Assembly (NCBI GenBank): GCA_020137815.1
Contig: CM035351.1
Coordinates: forward strand, 7,688,001 to 7,752,000
DNA: 64,000 nt
Origin: Hormiphora californensis
Lineage: Eukaryota; Animalia; Ctenophora
Direction of reading: 5' to 3'
Below, piece by piece: positions 56,500 to 64,000 of this stretch (position 1 is the stretch's first letter; each line of letters begins with the position of its first letter). Position numbers and translations under genes: made by a program. The notes below the pieces were generated by a model. It was not told the origin of the DNA and did no database searches. It saw only the letters and a program-made list of their open reading frames with translations.

Positions 56500-56545
56500 C
56501 CTTTTTCCCCCCTCTCTATTTTTTTCCCCCTTTTTCCCCCCCCCC

Positions 56546-56594
<49 letters not shown>

Positions 56595-56860
56595 ACCCAA
56601 AATATCAACGCTCATCTGCTTGTGATCGTTACAGGTCCAATTTACGGCAAATGACCTCTACTATAAGATGCCATATAGGACAACATGATACCTAATATCT
56701 AGCGGTGTAATTGTAATAGTTATGACTAATAATTATGACTAACAAACAATCTCCAAGTGTTCAGGTGTTGGTAAGAAATAGATACATTACACACAGAAGA
56801 GAGAGAGAGAGTTAACATAGTGATAGATAACGGTTAACACTTGATATTGTCCGGTTCCGC

Positions 56861-58796
56861 TTATTCAATCTCTTCAACAGAATCTCTGATATTGTGAGTA
56901 TAAAGTTCCCCTTCTCGGGACAATGCTCTGACAGAGTTCCCCTTGAACTTTAATATACAAACACACACAAACACCACTGATTTGAGACACAGTCCACTCA
57001 CACTCCCCTCTCTCCTCAGATCGCCTCCGTGGGTATCTTCCTCTGCTGTAGATGATGATGGTGATGATGGTGATGATGTCCTGGTAGCTGGGTGGACATC
57101 ATATTGAAGTGATGGATGGTGGTACACGAGGAATGGGGAGGAGGAGGGGCCTGGTGTTGTTGCTGCTGCTGAGGTGTCTGCATACCGTAACTCTTCCTGC
57201 GAGAGAGAGAGGTATGTGCTGTTTCACATGGGTCACGTGATCACCCCCCCCTTAGGGTTAAATAGCGCATGTGCCGCCCCTGATCTCGCCCTCACTGTTC
57301 ACGTGCCCGCTAGTTAGCAAAGAGTCGAGGGCACTGTTGGGAAAACCAACAGAGACAAAGAGCGCACGTCTATTGTCAGAGAGAGAATAGATCAGGGACC
57401 CAGGACTCTTATGGAATTGTTACATGGACAAAGGGAGGTGTACTATGACGGGCAATCAAACAATATGACTGGAACAATGGGACTGTGTCACTCAGTTTGT
57501 AGATTTATTGTAGACCCCCAATCACTCCCTTCAATCCCGATAGCCCTCCAATCCCAAACCCGCTACCCGAACCTTGCCTTGTTCGACCCTCTCTATCCAA
57601 ATGTAAATAAAGGTCAGCCCTAAATCCCTTCCCAACCCCTCAACAAGATGCTACTAAATTCACACACCCCTACTTACCTCATGTACTCCATCTTTGCCTG
57701 CCACATCTGGTGCTCTCTCTGTAGCTCTACCTGGCGTGCCCTCTCACCACTTAGGTCTGCTATCGTCTTATCCTGGCTCTTAATACTACGCATTATCTGG
57801 TCGATGTACTGGAGCGCTAGAAGGCGGTCAGAGTTAGTAAAACAGGGGGTTAAATTTCTCACTATGGCCCCGGAGTTAGCTTGGTATCTCACTGAGATTC
57901 TCAAAATATGTAGACGGAGGTCGGAGACTACTAACTGAATACATTTTCCACTTCTTGAACCTCCCCTACCTTTGTCTAGGATGGTCTGTTTGGTGTGGGA
58001 GCTGTCTCTGCAGGCTGGAACTATATCCCTCAAATCCTCAAATCTACTGTTCAGAATCTTCCTTCTTCTCTGCTCTGACAACTTGTGCGTAGTTCTTCTG
58101 TGGTTTATCTAGATGGGGTTTTATTAACATATTAATAAACGGTAGCTATTCTATTGGATTGGAACTCTCCCCCACTCTGTTTGAGTGTACCGGGAGTGTA
58201 CCACTACAACCCCCAGGGTACCTCATCTCTTTCTCTTTCTCTCTCCCCTCTCTCATCTATCCTTTGACGAAGAGCACTATTGTCTGAAGACAATACACCC
58301 AATACTGGACTCCTTTGTTTCTCCTGAACACGCCCAAACACCCGGCTAATTCCAAACACCCGGCTAATTCCAAACACCCGGCCTGAATTGATGTTCACTG
58401 GCCCCTAACAGGTCAGTTCAATGCTCTGACCGCTGTTCTATCTTTAAAAGAAATTAGAATGTAGGGTCAGACCAATGCTCTGACAATCCCTTACCCCTAA
58501 ACACCGCACCTCACGCATCTATACAATCAGAGGTCATGTCGAAGGAGTTATCATTCAATGACATTCATTGAGGTTTCTCATACAGGCCTTTTAGATTCAC
58601 AGCTCTGTAGTTAGGTCTAGTGGTGTGTTACCTGCTTCTCCAAGGCATGACGTATCTCTGGATCACTGTCTACTGAGTTATCGTGCTGGAGGGGCTGGTA
58701 GGAACTGGGGTTGTGGTCATATGGTTTAGCTCTGTAGTGACCCACCGACACATCACCCCCTCTCAATGCACAGCTTTTAGTAACTGGGATGTACAT
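56861..58796 (-). CDS. bHLH-leucine zipper transcription factor (Max/Mlx/USF-like group B), paralog 1
   Basis: RRTTHKLSEQRRRKILNSRFEDLRDIVPACRDSSHTKQTILDK|ALQYIDQIMRSIKSQDKTIADLSGERARQVELQREHQMWQAKMEYMR; H-E-R basic motif; start MYIPV at 58796; terminal exon limits uncertain. Confidence 0.8.
58412..58484 (+). repeat. Direct-repeat-bounded element, copy 4 (diverged)
   Basis: GTCAGTTCAATGCTCTGAC...GTCAGACCAATGCTCTGAC. Confidence 0.7.
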
Positions 58797-60195
58797 GTCT
58801 TCTCTCTAGAGAGAGAGAGAGGTCTGTTAGGAGATGATTGAAACGATGTCTGTTATGAGATGGCGATACTTATACTTATACTTATAGTGTTTCTAGATGT
58901 ATCAGTATGTTCAGTATCGTTATGATCTAATTTGAGCATCTAAACTTGAAATCAATATCAAGCCATTACAAAGTATTAGTAAACCCGGGCAAATGAAGCG
59001 ATTAGATAATGCCTAAAATAATTAGATAAGTTAGTTCAATTCTAATCTCCGATCTTGGCAACATAGAGAAAAACTGAAATCTCGTAATGCACTGAAAGTC
59101 TACCACCAAGAATGGTATAAGATGCAAACGCAACTAAATTGAGGTACGAAATAGTGAGGACGGGGCCTGTCAAGAGCTTTCTATATGAGAGCCGGGCTAC
59201 TCGCCGTGTCATAATGGCCCCTGAGGGGAACCCAATTAAGGGATCCCCCCTCATACATCTACATCTCATGAGGCATGGATTCTCCACATGCCCAAACTGG
59301 GCTCTCTCTCACCCCCTCACTAGTCACACACACTCTCTCTCTCTATCTCTCTCTCTCTCTCTCTCACCCAGCACATGGCCACTTTGGGAATCGGAAAACG
59401 ATCAAGAGTTGCTCTGATCACAGAAACGTGGATCTTTAAACTGAGAGTTACAAGAGAGAGGGCGATAACGAGAAGTGAGAAGAGATTATGGGAAAAGAGT
59501 TGTTGGGAAAAGAGTGGATAAGATTGGCCCAAACTATGGTTGACCACGGGGAGCTTAAAATAAGTGGTGAGAGTTAACGACAAAATGGTCAAACACTCTC
59601 TCAGCAAAGGTGTTATTATGGCATGGGTTCATAGAGAAAAGAGAAGAGAGATAGAGAGAAGAGAGGAGAGAGGAGAGAGAAGAGAGAGAGATAAGAGAGA
59701 AGAGAGAGAGGAGGAGAGAGAGAAGAGAATCGAGCGCTCACGCCCCTCTGCCTCCTCTTCCCACCTCCCTGCTCACCCGCCCCGGCCCTGCTCTTCTTAC
59801 TGCATTGGAGCTGTAGAGCATACAACCCGTGCAAGAACCGTGCAACCCACACTTCTCTCGTCCCCTCTCTCTCTCTCCTCTCTCTTCTCTCTCTCTCTCC
59901 TCCTCCCTACCGCCGTCACTGTCTCCCCCATCACTCTACACCTCCTTCTCTGCTTCCGGGTCTCGGTCCCTCCTCTCGCTCGGCTCCTCCATAGTTTCTC
60001 GTTACTCTCTCTTCGGGGGCTCCTCTCCGGTCTGGCGGTCTCTCTGCCCCATCTCCAGATTGATAATCCCTTGTCAGGAGGTGTCTGACAAATAGCACCT
60101 CATACAGACACTGCAACCCTCTGGGTACCCAGTCTGGGACCGCATGACTCTCTCACAGTGAGACTACAGACCCGCAGAAATTGAAAACCGAGGTT

Positions 60196-60761
60196 TGTAC
60201 CCCCTCCAGTCCCAACCGCTCTGTACCCCTCCAGTCCCAACCGCTCTGTACCTCTCCAGTCCCAACCGCTCTGTACCCCTCCAGTCCCAAACCGCTCTGT
60301 ACCCCCTCCAGTCCCAACCGCTCTGTACCCCTCCAGTCCCAACTGCTCTGTACCCCTCCAGTCCCAACTGCTCTGTACCCCCTCCAGTCCCAACCGCTCT
60401 GTACCCCCTCCAGTCCCAACCGCTCTGTACCCCTCCAGTCCCAACCGCTCTGTACCCCTCCAGTCCCAACCCGCTCTGTAACCCCTACCAGTCCCAACCG
60501 CTCTGTAGTCCCCTCCAGTCCCAACCGCTCTGTACCCCCTCCAGTCCCACCGCTCTGTACCCCCTCCAGTCCCAACCGCTCTGTACCCCCTCCAGTCCCA
60601 ACCGCTCTGTACCCCTCCAGTCCCAACCGCTCTGTACCCCCTCCAGTCCCAACCGCTCTGTACCCCTCCAGTCCCAACCGCTCTGTACCCCCTCCAGTCC
60701 CAACCGCTCTGTACCCCTCCAGTCCCAACCGCTCTGTACCCCTCCAGTCCCAACCGCTCTG
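60196..60761. repeat. 25-26-bp minisatellite, ~22 copies
   Basis: Unit CTGTACCCCTCCAGTCCCAACCGCT. Confidence 0.95.
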
Positions 60762-60999
60762 AATCACCTTCCTTCCTCAGTGTCAGTGATCAACCATGGT
60801 TAGCATCGATGTTTCATACCAAGTTGGCCAACTTAACCAGTAATTTGAATCCCAAAGGCAAAAGAAACGATGATCTATGGGGTTTAAGGAATTAAAATTC
60901 TAGTCAAATTTGATTCAGCACAGTTAATCGGTCTTTACTCTTTATCATTATCATTAACCCAAACAAGAAATTCGCCCATTGTAAATTGGCAGTTCAACT

Positions 61000-62376
61000 A
61001 ATTATTGTCTCTTCTGAATCGTCACGATCTGGTCAGGCAAAATACTCTGCTAGTCTGACGAGGTATTCTCATTCTGGTCTGAAGAAGGAGGAGGGCTGTC
61101 CTTGGCAATCTAGAGATCTGGTTAGTTAGTCTTCATGTAGCATCAGCTGACTATTCATTGGCAGGTTCATAGTCACATCGGGTTATTCGTATTCCTTCCT
61201 GAATTAATTTGGTTGGTTACTGTTAGGTTTCTTGCACCGGTCACAGTGATACATAGTACTGTACAAAATAGTTCGAGTTTTCGATATTATATTTATATGG
61301 GAGTCCCATTGGGGCATGTTGAGTAACAAATTGGCACGTGAAACATGTTCCTTGGTCTACATACCTCATTGCCTGTAGCTTGGTGTACCAATGAGAGTGT
61401 TCGTGTTGTAGTATTCTCCTCCTCTCTTGTTCGTGCTGTAACTCCCGTAACACGTGCTCCTGGACCATTAGCTCTTTCGTCAACTGGTCTATATAGTTCA
61501 TCGCTGAAGGGGAGGCGGTCGTTATGATTGGTTCCTGAATTGATAATCTTCCTACTGTAGCAGTATATTATGTACTTAGATCGGATCTCTGTGATCACAT
61601 ACAACCCTGGCCAAAACCAGCTGGTAGATCATTTGTTTATTCTTGATCTGAGTAATAAGATCTAGCACAACTAACTAACTCTAAGCATCCTCTAAGTACT
61701 GCTGTTAATATCATATTACCCAATCTACATCTCCCTCTTTCTAATTCTCTTTACAAGAGGGCAGGCTCTTCTTAACAAGAGTTTAGCCCCCCTGCCAGGT
61801 GGATCTGTGATTGTTATAGAACCACGTGATTGCCACGTGTGTTACAGAGAATCAGCTGCAAGAGAAATGTGAAAAAGAGCGATAGAAAAAAGAGCATGTT
61901 TCATTAGATCTTGCAGGCTCCTCTACCCTCCTTATAGGCACGTGTAAATTGGTATGAGTCTCCTGATACCCTCTTTTGTCCCCTCCCAATCTTCCACGCT
62001 TCGCTCGGGTTAGAATATTCAATGTCTCGATAGACAAGGGTCCCCCACTCTGCCCCTCTCCCACTCTGCCCCTCTCCCACTCTGCCCCATCAGCGTGTGT
62101 CTGGCACGTGCCGATGGAGCGGAAGTGCCATTTTCTTCCTGGAGGTTCTGTTTAGCTCATGTCCATCTCAAACTGCGAGCTCCCTCCTTAGGCCGGGTCC
62201 TACCAATGATACCATTACCATGAAACCACAGCCCCATTACCACCCCCTAGCACTTTATGTATCATTTGGTTATGGTATGTTGGTCCACACTAAGTCCCAT
62301 TAATTTGTTTTGTGGCCCAAACCCCCAATGTTGGTATACTATACTGTATCCATCAAAGAAGCGAATGCATACAGTG

Positions 62377-62463
<87 letters not shown>

Positions 62464-63873
62464 GTGTGTCACATGGCCTGCGACTAATACGACACGTGTT
62501 CATCACAATCAAATCAAGTTTGTATCAGAATATCGCAGCACACGCTCCTGTCCCCTCCAGCAATATATATGGGGTACACCCCCTCCTAACCCAGTATAAT
62601 TGACAGGGGGTGGCTCTACAAAGTTATGGGCTAATGGAAATGCAAAACCATTCTTCTTTATTAAAAGTGCAAGTGCTATATTCATTACTGGGCAGAGTAC
62701 CGTAGTAATGGAATACTACTAATGTACCACTACCGGCCCCTTTCTCCCACTTTAAAATTAAATAGTTCCGCTTTCACGTTTCTTCTCAATTTAAAACCCG
62801 ATCCACCCCTTACTCAACAGTTCCTCGAAACGCCTTTTTACCCCTTTGTAATCCAAACCCCCCCAGCTCACTCACACTGTGAGTCATACTGTGAACCGAG
62901 TCACAGTCCCAACAATTACCTTTTTTAAGGACACTCATTTTGGAGTGTGCTCCGTCTTGACGGATGTATTTCGTCCTCGTCATAAAACCGATTTTTCAGA
63001 ATCTTCCGACTTTTTTCGTTCCAAACTTTTGGTGGCTCTTCGGTGGGCGGAAACGCCCAAAAAGAAAAATATTTTTGGGAATATTTTTAGGGAAACCTTT
63101 TATCCAGCCGGCAATTTCTTATATTCAATTGTGAAGGGGTAAAACATGCCGGGAAAGCGTGCGGGGTGCTTTACCTGGCGTGTTGTGTGTTTTGGGGACT
63201 GTTATACCATCCTCTGACTCATTTGCAATCTACAGCTCCCTGCTGGCATGGTTCTCATATTGGTACGTGTGCTGGCGGTTATTAAAAGAAAAGGGGTTCG
63301 TTTAAAAAATCCCAAAAAAGTTTCCAACCTCGGTATTGGATAAAGCGAGAAAAGAGAGTTGTGTAGAGGCTGTGGGAGTTGGTTGGGGTTGGGGGGGATT
63401 TATGCCCCAATAGGGTTGATGTTGAGATAACCTGATGGGTAACTGGAAAAGTAACCCCTTTCAAAAAGAGGGAGTAACAATAGCCCATTTGCCATTAGCA
63501 TAGCCCATTAGCTCAGTTAGGCTCTCAGAAAATGCAAACGTTTCCCTGCAAAAAAATAGGCAGCCTGGCGGGGGGCCTTGTGAATTGTGAGTGGCCCATT
63601 TTTTTTGTCAGGCTCAAAAAAACCCGGGGCTTTTCGCGAATGACCATCTTTCTCCCTCTGGGATCGTATACACTCTGCAACTCCCCCTAAGGGTCCCCCT
63701 CCTCCTCCTGTACCCTGTCTGTGGGCGTCCATCGTGTAGGCAGTGTGACCCACCACAGAGTTAGTAGATCCCAACAACAACTTTGTCCCGCATAGCTGAT
63801 CGTGGGAGCCCCTGGCGGAGTTCTGTTGGGGGGTGTGGGGGGGCCCAGCGTTGTTCGCTATCGGCAGATACAT
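61000..63873 (-). CDS. bHLH-ZIP paralog 2 (tandem duplicate; basic-helix exon ~62920-63050 degraded)
   Basis: Start MYLPI (cf. MYIPV); recognisable RAT..RKIL..RF...AHSKMSVL.K exon ending at the same phase-1 intron as paralog 1; clean exon AMNYIDQLTKELMVQEHVLRELQHEQERRRILQHEHSHWYTKLQAMR at ~61364-61503. Confidence 0.65.
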
Positions 63874-64000
63874 ACTGGAGCTCTGGAAAAACTAGGGGGG
63901 AACGAGTTGTAATAAAATCCAATCTCGATATGGCTAAGAAGAGAGAGGGGGGAGAAGGATGAGGAATAGACTCTAAAATATCTTTTTTTTCGGAAAGGCC

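Noticed and set aside
49700-56620. Poly-C/T/G/A tracts and P/F/G/K-rich ORFs
   Set aside because: Homopolymer-inflated low-quality consensus; recognisable TTC21B exons inside it are degraded in the same way.
60196-60761. Long ORFs in several frames over the 25-26 bp repeat
   Set aside because: Unit length is not a multiple of three and varies by homopolymer length; simple minisatellite.

Overview
Compact, intron-rich (GT-AG) animal genomic DNA, not prokaryotic. The (GA)n-rich introns, an antisense gene nested in an intron and an acceptor-like AG just before almost every start codon would fit a ctenophore-type genome (inference only). Reading exons across introns gives, in order: 3' part of LRRC43 (+), a C2H2 zinc-finger gene (+), IFT54/TRAF3IP1 (-), a class A GPCR (+), a secreted Ig-Kazal-Ig-VWD-C8 protein (-), CFAP251/WDR66 (+), intronless CFAP100 (+), POLR1D/RPAC2 (+), TTC21B/IFT139 (+) with a Shaker-family Kv gene nested antisense in one intron, and two tandem bHLH-ZIP paralogs (-). 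Five of these are ciliary genes. Introns and intergenic DNA carry many non-autonomous DNA elements: a hAT-like element with an 8-bp TSD, a Merlin-like foldback with TTTAGGG-containing repeats, two near-perfect 0.8-0.9 kb palindromes, TA-flanked MITEs, a Helentron-like insert and a 4-copy element bounded by recombination-site-like direct repeats. Several genes show single-base indels, and ~49.7-56.6 kb and ~62.7-64 kb look like low-quality, homopolymer-inflated consensus, so boundaries there are approximate. Gene names rest on remembered family motifs, not database searches.
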